Below, piece by piece: positions 11,541 through 25,380 of a DNA stretch of 64,000 nt. Numbering within the stretch: position 1 is the stretch's first letter; each line of letters begins with the position of its first letter. The position numbers and the translations under genes were made by a program. The stretch is from Leptogorgia sarmentosa (Eukaryota): positions 6,634,001 to 6,698,000 of the forward strand of contig OZ210884.1 in the NCBI GenBank assembly GCA_964658305.1, in the 5' to 3' direction. Below the pieces are notes generated by a model, which saw nothing but the letters and a program-made list of their open reading frames with translations, was not told where the DNA came from and searched no databases.

Positions 11541-13351
11541 TATAGAAACTAGAAAATTAACAAAGTTACTGTATGAATTTTCTAGATTATCAAAACATTC
11601 GGATTAGCTAATTACGTCAAGTGGAACTTAGAAATGTCAAATGTATTAACAAGCAGGCGCCATATGTGAAAGATTATGTGTTTTCCTATTGGAGGAGAAC
11701 ATAAAGATCACAAGAATGTCGTATTACACGCAGAAACCGTGGATATAGGCAATATATAGTGCGAGCCGAAAAAAACTGGCAAATTTTTTTTATGCATTAA
11801 TCAGAGGACACGGAGATCGTCAAATATATTTGTATGCTTGCTTCCAGCAACAACGGCTTTCAATTAGGTCAAGGTGACTAAGGCAATTATCGCAGTGTCA
11901 GTCGTGTACATTGGTCACGCAAATCACGCTAGATCACCGATGCTACTGAAAATACGACATATTTAGCGGATATTCTCAAGCTCATCCGTAAAGGGACAAT
12001 TTTTTGAAACTAAATAACTACGAGTAACCAATTAATGTTTGTAAAATTGGACACCCACGAATTTGCTGACTGGTATGAAAACTCCGACGAATGCCATTGT
12101 CAGCCTCGATTTCAAGCTGTTGTTTTGCTAGTAAATTCGTCTATTATTGCCTTCGCTTTAAATTAAGCGAAACTCCATGAAAGAACCTTCAACACATCGA
12201 GAGCAGGCGTGGAAAATGTTAATTGATAGCCTTATCGGATCGTTATAGAACAACGCGTAGCACTCCTAAAAAGCACAAAATTGATCTCGTTCCCACAGTC
12301 TCAATATTATTAGGCATATATCAAGCATTTTCTCAGTATCTTGGTGATTTCGAAATCTTCCGATATCCAGTTTGTTGCTTGAATAAATGTTGAATTCTTC
12401 ATTTCATAATTGTATCTCGATTTTGTATAATTTCTATATGTCATCTAACTGCCTATATAGAAGTATATATATATCAAAGAAAACTGGGCATAATTATAAC
12501 ATGATCTATTTGAATATCTAATATCCTAACGCTTTTTTTACCTTTTCTATTACAAGGACTGAAGCAGTATTTATCGATATTGTATTTAGATTGACCCTTT
12601 GTGTTTGAAGAACCGGTTATAATAGGAGATCGAAAAAAAACGATGCATTTAAACCGTCGTCACGATTCTTTATATAAGGATCCAGTTCAAAAGTAATTTG
12701 TAAGAATTTCTGTGATGATGAAACGAACCGACTGACACGGTACAAAATTATTTTGGAAAAGTCAGGAGTTCAGGTCATGTTGATTTTGACATATTCGGAA
12801 AGCTGCACGAAATTAAAGCTGTCAAGAGATTTAAAATGTACTCAAATTTGCATTATAATTAAGCCTTAAAACAATATACTCTCACGCAAACACAAAATGC
12901 GCATGCAAGAATAAAACACCATTGTCTTTGATTTCGGTTAAAGATTTGTTTTTAATTTTCCACATTCCTCAAAGACAACATCCAGATGTCGAAAATTATC
13001 GATAGAATGTCGGGTCACCTTGGGTCGCATTATTGTGGCGACCTGAAAATAATAAAGGTGGCATGCGGGGGTAAACACGCTTCTTTTGAAAAGCTTCAGA
13101 AATTTCAGTTGTAAAAATTATATTGACTGCTATCAACGGATCTGTTTATTGCAGATCGCCTTAAATATGCGCATCTTTAGTATTATCGATATTTTTACAA
13201 GGCTACTTGAATCGGCTAAACCTGACAGACAGGTATTGTGGCTATTTGTAAGTGGTTTAACACTGTAAGAACTTTGTCCCTTACTCATTAAATCATTAAT
13301 TCCCTTGTCTTTGTTTAGGAAACATCGCCTCGAGTGCAGTCCGATCAAAAC

Positions 13352-14311
13352 ATGAAGCAAAAAAACGTAATGCAGTTTCAAGATGAAGAAGTCTTGGCTG
13401 GATTTAAATTCAAGATGCAATATTTGGGCTGTAACGAGGAGCTGAAACTTGGAGGAACAGATTATGAAATCGCCAATGTGATACATGATATTCATACGTT
13501 ATATGCCGAAAGGAATACCAAACTAAGCAAAGCTCGGACAGTGGTTGTATTCGTAGATGCTGAAAAGATCAACATTTTCGACAAAACTGAAGATGTAATA
13601 TTACTAACATTTCCTTTGGTTTACGTAAAAGATGTGACGACGTGTCTGGACCAAGCACCGTATTCTAAAACTTGCGTTATCGTAGCGAAGGACTATAATG
13701 ACCCTTTGTACAAGGCTTTTGTTTTCTACTGTAAAACGAGCGCACAGGCAGCCGAATTTTACCATTTCACCACAAGCGCTTTTCAACTTGGGTTTAAAAG
13801 ATTGGAAAATGATAGTTTGAATTCAGCATCAACAGCCCACGAGGAGACGTTTGGATCTTCGAGTAACTCCAGCGCTCATGGAAGTTTCAGAAAAGCAAAT
13901 GGACATGAAAGTGATTTGGATGATGAAGATGGCGAATGCGATCCTCTGCATGAATCTAGTAAGCACACCCCTGAAATGCAAAAACTCTTGGATTCCGGCA
14001 CTGAGCTGTTGCATTTGAAAAACAAAGAAGACAACAATGGCAAGAAGTCGTCCCAACGGCCAAAGGCAATTACAGTACGACTTTCCAACAAGACTAACAG
14101 CTTCGCAAAACACGAAAAACAAGAGATTAAATTTAATTTAAGCCTTGGCGAGGAAAACAATAATTCAAATTCTTCAAAGATTGATACTTTTGTGGACACT
14201 GTAGGTGAGTCCTCCAAGTATTTCATCCCAAACTGGTTCCGAAATTCGTGCAGGAAATTCCGAAGAATGTCCCCTCAGCGTTCAGCTTCTGAAACTCCTG
14301 AAGACGTTTGA
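13352..14311 (+). CDS. PTB/PID-domain adaptor protein (FAM43/LDLRAP1-like) with a disordered Ser/acidic tail; single coding exon
   Basis: Long ORF; FKMQYLGC resembles the PTB beta-1 FxVxYLG pattern; YKAFVFYCKTSAQAAEFY C-terminal strand/helix pattern; splice acceptor ttgtttag at 13318 just upstream of the ATG. Confidence 0.75.
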   Translation: MKQKNVMQFQDEEVLAGFKFKMQYLGCNEELKLGGTDYEIANVIHDIHTLYAERNTKLSKARTVVVFVDAEKINIFDKTEDVILLTFPLVYVKDVTTCLDQAPYSKTCVIVAKDYNDPLYKAFVFYCKTSAQAAEFYHFTTSAFQLGFKRLENDSLNSASTAHEETFGSSSNSSAHGSFRKANGHESDLDDEDGECDPLHESSKHTPEMQKLLDSGTELLHLKNKEDNNGKKSSQRPKAITVRLSNKTNSFAKHEKQEIKFNLSLGEENNNSNSSKIDTFVDTVGESSKYFIPNWFRNSCRKFRRMSPQRSASETPEDV

Positions 14312-17214
14312 AATTTTGAATCGTAGTGAGAATTCAGTAGTTCATAAACAACATATTTTGGAGTCATATGAGAAAGTTGAGGAATTTGTGCATGTGTTAT
14401 TGTGTTTACAAATGGTCAATTGGCCATGCAATCTGTAGTGTTATGTAGCTGACAATCAACAGCTGAGTAGTTTAGTTGATTTTTTAATGATCTCGCGGTG
14501 AATCGCAACGATAAACAAAAAAATTCAGGTGTTTTCAATGTAAAACAGATTTTGATTTGAATATACTACAAAATTGGTCAACATTTAGATAATCAATTGA
14601 TTCCAGTTTAAAAACAGCCAGTTTATAGATTTTGATAAAGCTAATTGCCAGTGGGGCTAATTCCACGTAGTTGTAACCTCACTAAAGCCTGATTTTCAGT
14701 CCTTGCCAGTATACCCACATAAACCAAAGAACCCCCTCCCCAAAGAAATGCAGTGAAGTGTGCAAGAATAAGCATATGCATACACGACATAAGCATAAGC
14801 GCAAGACTAACTAGACTACGAGAAAAATTCAAAAGAAAATTCTTAGCTACTTCATGCTTTTTCTTCGTAAAACTTTGTTATTTTGCTTCATACTTAGTGA
14901 TGCCGCAGTGAAAACCAGACCTAATGAGTGAATAAACTTGCAGACGGTTTGACTGAAAGACATACAGAGGCCTTTCGAAATTTTGCTTACTAATAATAAA
15001 TTACTGCCGTTGAGAGATTTCAGTAATGAGGTGAGACGGAATTTCAGTGCTGCCAAATTAAAACACAGTATATGAGTTAGTCCGCAACAAAAAACCACAG
15101 TCCCTTGGCAGGTTGCCAGACTTTATCTTCAGCCAGGAACTGTGGTTTAATAAATAGTTCAAGGTTCAATTCAACAAATTGAACCGAGATCTACATATAT
15201 AGTAATGCATCAGATTTGGCTTAAGACTTATTTTAGATAGGATATAGAGAATAACATTTAATGAAAACAATTGTGAATTGTTGTACATATTTTATCTGTA
15301 ATTCTTTTTAACATGGCATCTTAATTGTGAAATGTATAAAAAATTGAAAATGGTAAATAATACTATTATAATATATGAATTGATTTTGTCAATACGTCAC
15401 ATTCATTTTCAAGTGTTGATCGACTTCGCATTCAAATTCCACCATTTCAAAATTCCTGATCGAGATTTTAAAAACCAAGCAACCCAATGATGTAAAATGA
15501 TGACTGATAAGCGCTATACATAGATTGAATCAAATTTTTTTTTATTAAAAGTGTAAATTTGGACACTATAAATTTCTGAATTTTGGCGTTGGATCTCTTC
15601 ATCGTTTCAAAAGAGAGAACGTAATAAAAGGAGACATGCAGCAGTTAATTCAAAATTTGCTCAAATTCTGAGCTGGTTTCGTTCAAAAATATTTGTCACA
15701 CGTACGTATATAAGCCGGGTTTATTCTGCACTTGGTAGCTGCATGGTTTCAATGATTATCACTGGATTTCAGAAGTTAAAACTTCTGAAACGCTATCAAA
15801 CTGTTCCGTCCGCAAAGAAACACAATGCTAATGCACAGCTAGTGTCAGAAATATGCGATACCAATCATCGTCACAATTATTGTCGTCCATATGTCGTGTA
15901 CGGCAACGTGTTCTCACGTCTGGATCATGCAGGTTCTGGCTTGCATGGTGGGCTCATTGGCATGTTCTGTCAACAGTCCACTATAACGCTAATCCACATA
16001 GGTCATCGTGACACAGTTAAGGCCTGTGCATGATTGGTTGTGCAGTAGGGTTGGTTTGGGAGACATTTGACGGTGAAAATTGCGCATATATAGCAATTTT
16101 AACTCTTGCATGTGGAAGAGAACAAAATTTTGTTAAATATTGCATGTTTTTCAAAGGACAATGACCAAAAATAAATAACTGCTCCATCCAATAACTATTT
16201 CCATCTGGGGTCAGTTGTATCAAAGGCGTTTATAGCTTAAACGGTGGATAAGCAAGATTTTAAAACCATGCATTCCTATTCATTTTGTAAATAATGGAAC
16301 CTAAATTTTATCAACTAAATGTGTAGTTCTATGGTGGTTAGGGCAAACATTGTCTCCGTGGAATTCATTTCGAGAAGGAAGGTGGGATGGTGGTCTCATC
16401 GTTCTTCAACAAGTTTAAACGACGGTTAATTAACTAAGGAAACTGGAGACATTTTGACTTTGACGAAAATTCAAGAGGTTTATCAGTTGAACAGCGTCTT
16501 GAACAATTCTTTGTTCGAATTTTGGAATTATATAATTAATATTTCCCCAGGAAATTGCATGTTGTTAAGCTGAGGACCTCAATCCTGAGTCCCGACGATC
16601 ATGTGAACAGCTTTTAAGAAACACGGGCTGGCATCGCCATAGCAAACAGAACTAAAAATATTGAATGCGGACATTTTTGCGGTTTTCTGTCATAATATAT
16701 ATTGAGTTCGTTAACACTTTCTCTTCAGATATTAGCAGTCTATCTAGACTGGATCAGTAGCCCCAATATAATATATAGATATATTAATCATTACGAAAAT
16801 AGCAATGATTTAAATCGCTGTAATAGACCTTAGCTACTATTTTAATCACTGATTTCAATCGATGGCTTCGTTTTGATGTGCAAAAGCTAAAACCAAAAAT
16901 GAACCCATTGGGTAAAAATGCAATAAAAGGTAATATATTCAGACAAAGTGTATACCACAATTTTTTTCTGATCTGCCAGCTTTTAAGGCTTCGCTAGAAG
17001 ACGCGAATTATGAAAACATGATATACCTAACATACCTAAAATAGTACGATAAGTAAATATTTTGATGAATTTTAAAATAAGTCGCCAACCACATATATAT
17101 AAAAACACATTCCTTGAATAAAGGGAAATCGTGCGATTCATTCCTATAGTTAACAAGTTCTTTTTAGGCAATGATTATGTAATCTTACATCTCTAATCCA
17201 AGTGTGTTGATTTT

Positions 17215-17510
17215 AGAGAGAGAAGAAAACCAGCTAGTATCACCCGCAGAAAAACCCTTGAAGCGCATGGGATATCAACTGTTACTATACAATTCTATCC
17301 TCTTCCGCAAGCTTAGCAACACTTGTAGGTTTTTTGCCAAATTTGCGCAAGACTGGGGGGAGATCACACACTTTCTTTCCCCTTTCTTCCTCCCCTCCCT
17401 CCTAAGTTTTATCTTCTTATCTTATCTTTTATAAACACTGAACAAGGCTTTAACCTTTTTGGTGGTGAGAGCTTGGGTGAGGGCCAACGCGCTACCGCAT
17501 GTACCACTGC
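17215..17510 (-). mobile_element. Degenerate tRNA-derived SINE-like fragment
   Basis: Minus-strand 5' end gcagtggtacatgcggtagcgcgttggcc resembles an A-box/tRNA head; gtttttctgcgggtgatactagctggttttc resembles a SINE core motif. Confidence 0.35.
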
Positions 17511-18787
17511 GGTATTATTGGATTTTTTCTTTAAAAAAAAGATTTGAGAGAATGATGATACCAAGTATCCATAGTGTAACCTTGAACGTTCTAATGTAAA
17601 GGTACTATATATAGAAGAGTATCTTTATTGGAACAATTTAGCTTGGTTGTCATAGTGATGTCAACATGTACTTCTGGGGAGGATGCAGCAAAACTCATGA
17701 GCTCACGCAATTTTGAAAACAATAAAATATTTATTGATTCTTTTAATGTTTGCATTGCATGGTGAAGATAATATTTATAAAGTTTGCAATTTACACCACG
17801 TATGTTATTATCGCAAATGTTGCTAGAATATAGTTGCATTGAGTTGAATATAGTCTTGGTAAAGCGAGCGGAGGTGTTGCTGCATGTGTGTATTTCTAGA
17901 AATTTCATCTGCTATCTTGGTGAGGAGATTTCCATTCGAAAACGACATCACCTGAACAAAAAATGGATTTACGAAGCGAAAAAAATGTTGTTCTTATAGT
18001 CATCGTACACCTGACCTTAGTTTTTCTAAGAGCTTTGCACTCTTGCTCAGTGATACCGCAAGTTTTGATATCGTTAAAATGGAAATTGAACTGAAATAAA
18101 ATGTCTGGAACAGGCCATTAGAGCAAGGGGAAGACCGTCTTACAAATATGATAAATTCTCTGTCGTTTTATGTTCGCCATAAATACCTGAAACGAAAATA
18201 TTTATTGCTTTATGTAAAAGAATTTTTAAAAATTGCAATACGTGTTGTTTTATATTTTTGTGCTACTGTACTTAGTTGATGCAATATTTCAGTTGGAATG
18301 TTTTTTGCCCGCTAAAGGCACGTCATACATTACAGAAAGAGTCAGCATAAATTCAGACTATAAAGTTGTTCCTATAAAGAGACGATTTAGAAAATATATG
18401 GTATGGTTTTGTTTGCCTTTAATCTATATATTACGTCATTATTTCAAGAAATTTGTTCATTCAGGATAACTGGCATTTAACAACTTTTAATGCAAAGTGT
18501 GACGTAATTAGCAGGCAAAGGAAAACATTCAAGCTGAAATCTCTCAGCCACAAAGCACTGTAATACAAAAGTATGAAAAAATTTGTACTACAATCTTAAA
18601 GTTCTTTCACATAATGCAACCAAAATTAATTATTATCAATATAAATGTATTTTAATAACAATAAAAGGTTTCGTTTATCGGCACTTTAATTCAAGTCACA
18701 AGATAGCATCTCAGTCAACAAGGAGTGGAATCAAACTCAATTCAGATCATTTATTAGAATAACTGTAGTAATATATATACAGTAATT

Positions 18788-21463
18788 TTAACGGTATGAC
18801 TTCTGGTAGCGGGCTCGTGGTCCTGGACCACCAAACTTCTTCGCTTCACTACGTCTGGGATCAGCCACCAACAATGATCGATCGTACTGGGTAAGGATAT
18901 CTTTGATTTCCTTTTTGGATGCCTCATCCACGTCTGGCAGTAGGAAAGAGAGACAAAAATTAAGGCCAAATCAAACAAGAATGAGAGCTGACCATTGATT
19001 CATTTATGTTCAAGACTCAAGAGTGGTCAAACATGCACAAACTCTCATCAATTTTCATCAAAGTTTGAACCAGTTCAAAGTATAAAACTGATGAGAGTTG
19101 GCAGGTATCAAGGTTCTGGGTTGACCTCAATTGCAATTAATTGTTTAAACACACAGAGTACTACATCTGTACCCAATATTCAGGACTTACATTTTTGGTA
19201 ATATGCGACCAAGGATTTGGCAATGGCTTGTCTGATGGCTACAAAATAAAAAATAAACATTAACAAAAACAAGTCTTGTACACATACGAAATAGCTTCTG
19301 GTTTTGGTAAGAAGACTTCAGTAAACACTGTTGAATTATGTGATAAACAATTATTGAATGAGACGTGATTGAGAGCCTTTGCATCCTTCTGTAGTTTTTT
19401 TAGTAATGTCACTGTCTTTTTCGAGTAATAATTTTGACAGTCCTTTTTATCCAGCAAAGCAAATCTACTGTGAGCCATTTTGTTTATTTTACTATCGTAG
19501 GCTTTCAGATTCGAGTTGTTGGCCTCATCAGAGCAGAAGAGAGTCCAGTAAATCTTGAGAAATAGCTGGTGCTTTTTGACCAGTCAGGAGAGCAAATTCT
19601 AAATGGGGCTTAGCTTGTGAAAACATTGGATTATTGAAGTTAAGTTTTTAGTATGAATGTTCATTACAATTACACCCAATTGGCCAATTCCCAATACATC
19701 CATCAGATTATGATTTATTGGTAATTCCTTACCATAGACCTGTGAAACATGACCACCTCCTTTTACTCTCACACGAATATCAACACCTTCGAATCTTTCT
19801 TTTCCCAGCAACAGTATTGGTTCTTCCAACTACCCAAAACAAAATTTCAATCATTGTAATTTCACTGTTGATTTCAGTTCCTTTTTAAAATACCATTCCC
19901 TAGTTGTGTTACTTGTGTATGTTTCTAATTTGGAATATTGGGTGTAAAAAATGCAAAGTTAGCCTAGCACACCAGAGTACATGTTCATACCATAGTTGAA
20001 ATTAACCAGTGTTTATACTATACTGTTCCAGAAACAGAAGTTAGAACACACACAAGATGCAGGCATGCACACTGTGATATGTCATGTCGGATTGAGTATG
20101 ACGCTATGGGGAATTTACCCCGATGTAGTGATTTGCATCTAACATTATAGTGTAAACAGGGAGTAAACCTTAAAGCGGCGGTCATCCATTACCTACCTTG
20201 AACTTCAATGTCTCTGGTTGGACAAGATGAAGCGGCTGACCATTAACTCTCACCATGCCATTACCTTCCTTACAATATGCCACTGCTGTTGCAGTTTTCT
20301 AAACAAAAAAAAATAGTGAAACTGCTGAAATACAATAAATATCACTTACATGCCCAAGTCCATGCACCACTTGTATGCAATACTCCTCAAAATCAAAAGT
20401 TTGATGCCCAGTCTAAATTATACATTCAAATTTGCACTTTGAGCAAAATGCCCTTCATCATCAAGGTCACACAATGAAGGACACACTAATTCCTGACAAA
20501 CGACACATGCTTACAATGCTCAAAAAGTTGAATCAGAATTTCATTGTGTCACTTAGGTAGAGCTATCGGCTACCTACACTCACTGCAACATATTGAAGTT
20601 TCTAAGAACTCTTTAAAACAAGCTGCTTATCATAAACACAACCAACTTATGGCCCACACAGATCTGAGGAAATTGGGTAGTACAACACAAATAGTGGACC
20701 AATGGAAATCTGAAAATTGTGTTGCATTACAGAATTGTGTCCTGTCTGTGTAGGCCTTGAGTCAATGTAATAACCTTTTATGTCAAATAAATTTATGGAA
20801 ATGAATGGACAACAAGAAGCCTGAACAAATGTGCCCTGTTGAGTGCTACAGGGTTTGAGGATACGGCTATACACAAAAAACAAATTATTGTGTCAACATA
20901 AACAGTTAATTGAAATTATTATTTATTTAAAATAATTCAAGAGTTTTGATTGGTTAAGAGCAGTGGGTGAATTTGTCATATCTGCTTGATATTAACACAT
21001 ATATACGACATTATGACATAATCATGTCGTACATTGAAAATTATATGACATTATCACATCGACCAATTTATGCTGCTTATGTTAAAAGCAGTGAAAATGT
21101 ATATAATTTCGGCAAAACACACAGATTTCGGCCTTAATAATTCCTCATATCCTACTCGACCTCATTCAATAATTGTTTAATATTAAATGCACAGGCCTTT
21201 TATTCTAAACTGGGATTGAGGGGGACTGGAATACACATTGACTGGTCACTTGTGTATAGATATTCTTTAATATTTTGGCTACTGATCGGGCAAACAGCTT
21301 GACATATTAAACAATTGGTGCACTATGTATAACAGGCTGTGCAACAACTATGTCCACACTCATGACTGCAATTTTTACTTTAAATTTATTTATTGTTTAC
21401 ACGTGTTCATGCTAACACACTAACACTGACCTTACGGCCAAATACTTGCACCGATTTCGACAT
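18788..21463 (-). CDS. RPS16: 40S ribosomal protein S16 (uS9), 141 aa
   Basis: Exons 21463-21431, 20298-20197, 19829-19733, 19238-19191 and 18933-18788 join in frame with GT-AG sites: [20 protein letters not shown]... [21 protein letters not shown]... [17 protein letters not shown]. Confidence 0.97.
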
Positions 21464-21569
21464 TTTCTACAGCAAAATATACCTTGTGAGCCTATTAACA
21501 AAATAGCAGCGAGATTAGGGTTAAAAAAGTATGAAATTATATGGAAATTTGGTGTTTTTTGTCACTAAC

Positions 21570-21740
21570 CAAATCAACCTTCTACAAGAAGTTTTCACGT
21601 TCAAAGAGAAAGAACATTGCACATGCGCAGCCGATTGTGCACGAACATGGTACGGCATTTTACGACCGATTGCCTTTTGACGTATCCGTTTTATGACAAT
21701 TAATTAGAACTACTCCGTGTGAGCTTGAAAGGTGGAAGAA
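21570..21740. promoter_or_regulatory. Compact bidirectional RPS16/ADPGK promoter, including the 5'TOP and non-coding first exon of RPS16
   Basis: Minus-strand pyrimidine tract ctttctcttt at 21612-21603 followed by a gttagt donor near 21569; NRF1-like tgcacatgcgca at 21618-21629; ADPGK ATG at 21741. Confidence 0.65.
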
Positions 21741-24700
21741 ATGTCCAACAAAATAATATTTTTTGCATTTATTTGCTTGTTATTTGCTATAGCTGTTTAT
21801 CAATATCAAAAGCGAGGCTCACAAAGATTAAGTGCTGAAGAAAGAACTGCAATCGCATTGAGAAAAGTCATAGAAAATCGAACAAGCAGTTACAGGAAAG
21901 TAGCAGTTGGGTATGTTTCATGTTTGGATTGTTTAAATACTGTATTTAACCGGTATTAAATGTAAATCACTGTCTCCTGCGAAATGTCGATGCATAGCTA
22001 TTTTTGTGGCCTTGTCTTCTTGATCTCTCAACTCTCCCTCGCCTCTCAACATTTTGGAGACCTGCACCCTAGTTTGTTGATGTTACCCAAGATCTTTTTT
22101 GTGCCCTACCCTACAATCCAGTGAGGGGGAAATATTCAATCCAATCTCACTGCTCTTTGCTGTTTCCGACCAACAGTACTCAACAGTAAGAGAGAAGGCA
22201 TACCCTGCCAACCAGAGAATGACCAACTAGAGTAGTATCATATTAAACATACGTATGTCACCAACCATTTTCCCAGATCTGGCATGTATTTACTTTAGCT
22301 GGTCAGTAACCAACTAGAAATACCACTAAAGACTTGCGTATTTCATATAAACAATGAAAATTAGAATGATTTGTCTGATTTTAATTTAGTGGTTATATAA
22401 TTATTGTCATTTAGTGCAAAGTCTGGGTATAACTTTAGAATACCCTTGGAAGTATTCTATTGTATTATGTCTAATACTGTCCTGGTTTTGCTATGTTTAT
22501 AAGTGAATAAAAACCAGGGTTTCAATTCACACCATCTGTGTGTACCCCTTTAATTTCTTATGCATAGAATGGCCAGAACCAGCAGTGCATGTCTGTCAAC
22601 ACAGACCTCACATGTGGCATCTTTCAAACATATAGCTTATTGAATGGTTTGACATGCAATACAGCCTGGTATTTTACGAGTTTTGTAAGAAAAACGGGTA
22701 AAATACCAGGCCGTATTGCATGTCAAACCATTCAATAAGGAATTTATTATACGACATACAACTGTATTTCGACTGATAATTTAACATTGATTAGATTAAA
22801 TAACTTATATTTCACTAAATTGTCGGGCAGCACACGCTACAAACTGGTTTCAAACCAGTATATTAGAGTGCAATATGGCAAGTGCAATACGGCTTGGTAT
22901 CTGCACTCTGTTTTGCCCTTATTGGTAAAATAACGTCATTGTCATATAATAATATGACATTAATGTATTTCAAAGGACAAATGCAAATATTGATTTGATC
23001 ATTTCTGGTGTTGCTTTGCTCCGTGAGCTTGGGATTAAAGAACAAGGAGTTGGTAAAGAATGCAGTGAAGTGAATTCATTGGATGTCTTGGAGCAATGTT
23101 TCTCCTATTTCATGGGCAAGGGAGCAGCTGCAGAACGATCAATCACAACTCAGGAGTTGAACTCAAAAATTGTTGAAGCAGCATTGCGACTGCCAGATTC
23201 ACAGGTAGTACTTATGTAATTAGATTTTTGAATGATTTTTAAACCAATTGATACCTTGTTCCCTTCGCAAGTTCTTCAAATGATGAGGAATGACATCTTC
23301 AAACTAAATAATTTCTATTAGCATTTTGTAGGTGGCAATGCTGCATTGGTGGGCCTAAAATTTGCAAAACTGCTTCCAGAAGGAAAGGTTAAAGTGAAAA
23401 TTTATTGACAATTTCCAAGCCAGACAAAATTGTATACTATTTCAGTTTGATATGAATAAATATATATACACTTGCTCCAAACCTTTAACATATTTAATTT
23501 GGACGTTTTTGCACAGAGTTTTAATTAAACACAATTGTTTTGATTTCAGCTTTTCTTGCCCCATAAATCGAAGGCATCATGAAATACACTGTACATAACA
23601 GAATTTAATGTCCAAAATTTTGACGAAAAAACAATTTTTTCTATGTTTTTGCTATCAGGTAATGCTGTGTGGTCCAGTTGGTCCGAAATTAAAAACTTTA
23701 CTTCCAGAAGAAATGTTTATTCCTGAAAGTTGTGAAATGAACAGTGATGAAAACCATTTAATCTTGGAATATCAGAGACAAGAGAAATGGGGAAATATTG
23801 AAGCACCAATTGCAAGTCGATTTATAATGTCCCATGATGTTGCTAACTCTGCTCTTGCTACACTGGAAAGTTTTATTGGTAAGCATTCTTTAGGAGGATT
23901 ATATTGTAGCTATGTAAAAAAACATGGAGAAATTGGTATTTACAAATTTGCAACTAATTTGCTACAAACTCGATTACAATTTAGTCCACGTAACAGATGG
24001 AATTATTTCTTTTCACCTTTTCAGATGAAACAATTGCATTCAAGCCCGATCTTATTGTAGTCTCTGGATTCCACTTGCTTGACAGTCAGGAGGAGGAATT
24101 TTGGCAACAAAGAATAGCAGATGCGGCTATTGCTTTTTCCCGCCTTCCTCATTCCACCCCAGTACACTTGGAGCTCGCTAGTATGAGCCATTGCCCTGTT
24201 ATGGTGGCTGTTGTGAAGCAGATATTTCCTCTTGTGAATTCCATCGGTTTAAATGAACAAGAGTTGGCTTTTATTTCAAGATGTCTGGGAGGAATACATG
24301 CCGACATGATAGCAGTAGAGAAAAATGATGAAATAGGTACAGTGAGACTGCTCAGTTTGCCTAGAGTAGTGGACACAGCAAGACTGCTCAAGGCATTTTA
24401 AATATCTTAATCGTTCAGTGTATCCTACGGCTACCAAACATAACTTGAATAAAAAATACAGTGCTGGTAAAAAAATTGGGGCACTTTTATATAGGCTCAG
24501 GCTTGATCAACAAATTTTCTCTCCCCACCCCATTCAAAGTTGAAAGATGAAGGAAGGATTGCGTGTACATGACCCAAACTTTAAAATTGATTGAACGGGA
24601 AAGAGAAGATAACAAAAAGGACTTCAACATTATACTATTTTAACAAAAAAGACTTCAACATTATACTATTTTACAACAAATCGAGCCTTTTTCAAGCAAT

Positions 24701-25380
24701 CAATAATAAGAGTATGAAAATGTGGTAATTATGTCGCAAGGACTTTTGGGCCAGGGTTCTACTTTCGTTAATGCACTGCTTTTCCAAAATAAACAGGGTT
24801 GAATTATAGCGTTGTACACGGATGTGAAGACTGTTTCATCAGCATATTCTTTAACTCGTTTGAGAGCTTATATTCCAGATAATACCTTTTTTGCAAATAC
24901 AGGTACAGATAATAACTAAACAACGTTTAATTTGGTTGTTTATTAGGCTTCTACAGTGACATAACCCGTTGGATACTAGAGGAATATGGCAAAAATGGCC
25001 GCATGTCAGGAAAGTCAAGATTAACCCGGGTACATTTCCATTGTTTGTATGTTCATATCCTCGCTGTTCTTCCGCATCACTGGGTTTCCAATGAAGCAAG
25101 TGTTAGTCAAGGATCGTGGACCGCTTTCTCTCAAGCGTGTGATACGACTATTGTCAATAGCAACAAAGCTGAACTTCGAATTCCTAGTAAATTTAACGTG
25201 TCGTTGCTTTCACCACAAACTTTTGAATTCGACATAGATAGTCCTATATCTGTTGTATCTTACGACAACATTAAGTTATATATTAGTCCAGTCTTAGTAT
25301 GCAAGCGACCATTAAAGACTGTAGGTTTAGGTGACGCCATCTCAGCGTCTGGTCTATTGTATAATGTATTTAATGAGTAA
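21741..25380 (+). CDS. ADPGK: ADP-dependent glucokinase (476 aa, N-terminal signal anchor)
   Basis: Exons 21741-21910, 22976-23204, 23322-23387, 23659-23878, 24025-24336 and 24947-25380 join in frame; motifs VAVGxNANID, FVGGNA, HLELAS, SIGLNEQEL, TVGLGDAISASGL. Confidence 0.95.
22636..22739. repeat. Palindromic repeat in ADPGK intron 1
   Basis: cttattgaatggtttgacatgcaatac...gtattgcatgtcaaaccattcaataag, ~40-bp arms. Confidence 0.7.

Noticed and set aside
19830..21430. Possible intronic snoRNAs in RPS16 (hairpins near 20108-20170 and 20830-20855)
   Set aside because: Could not place convincing H/ACA or C/D boxes with correct spacing; needs a covariance-model search
24611..24673. 31-bp tandem duplication in an ADPGK intron
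   Set aside because: Simple local slippage duplication
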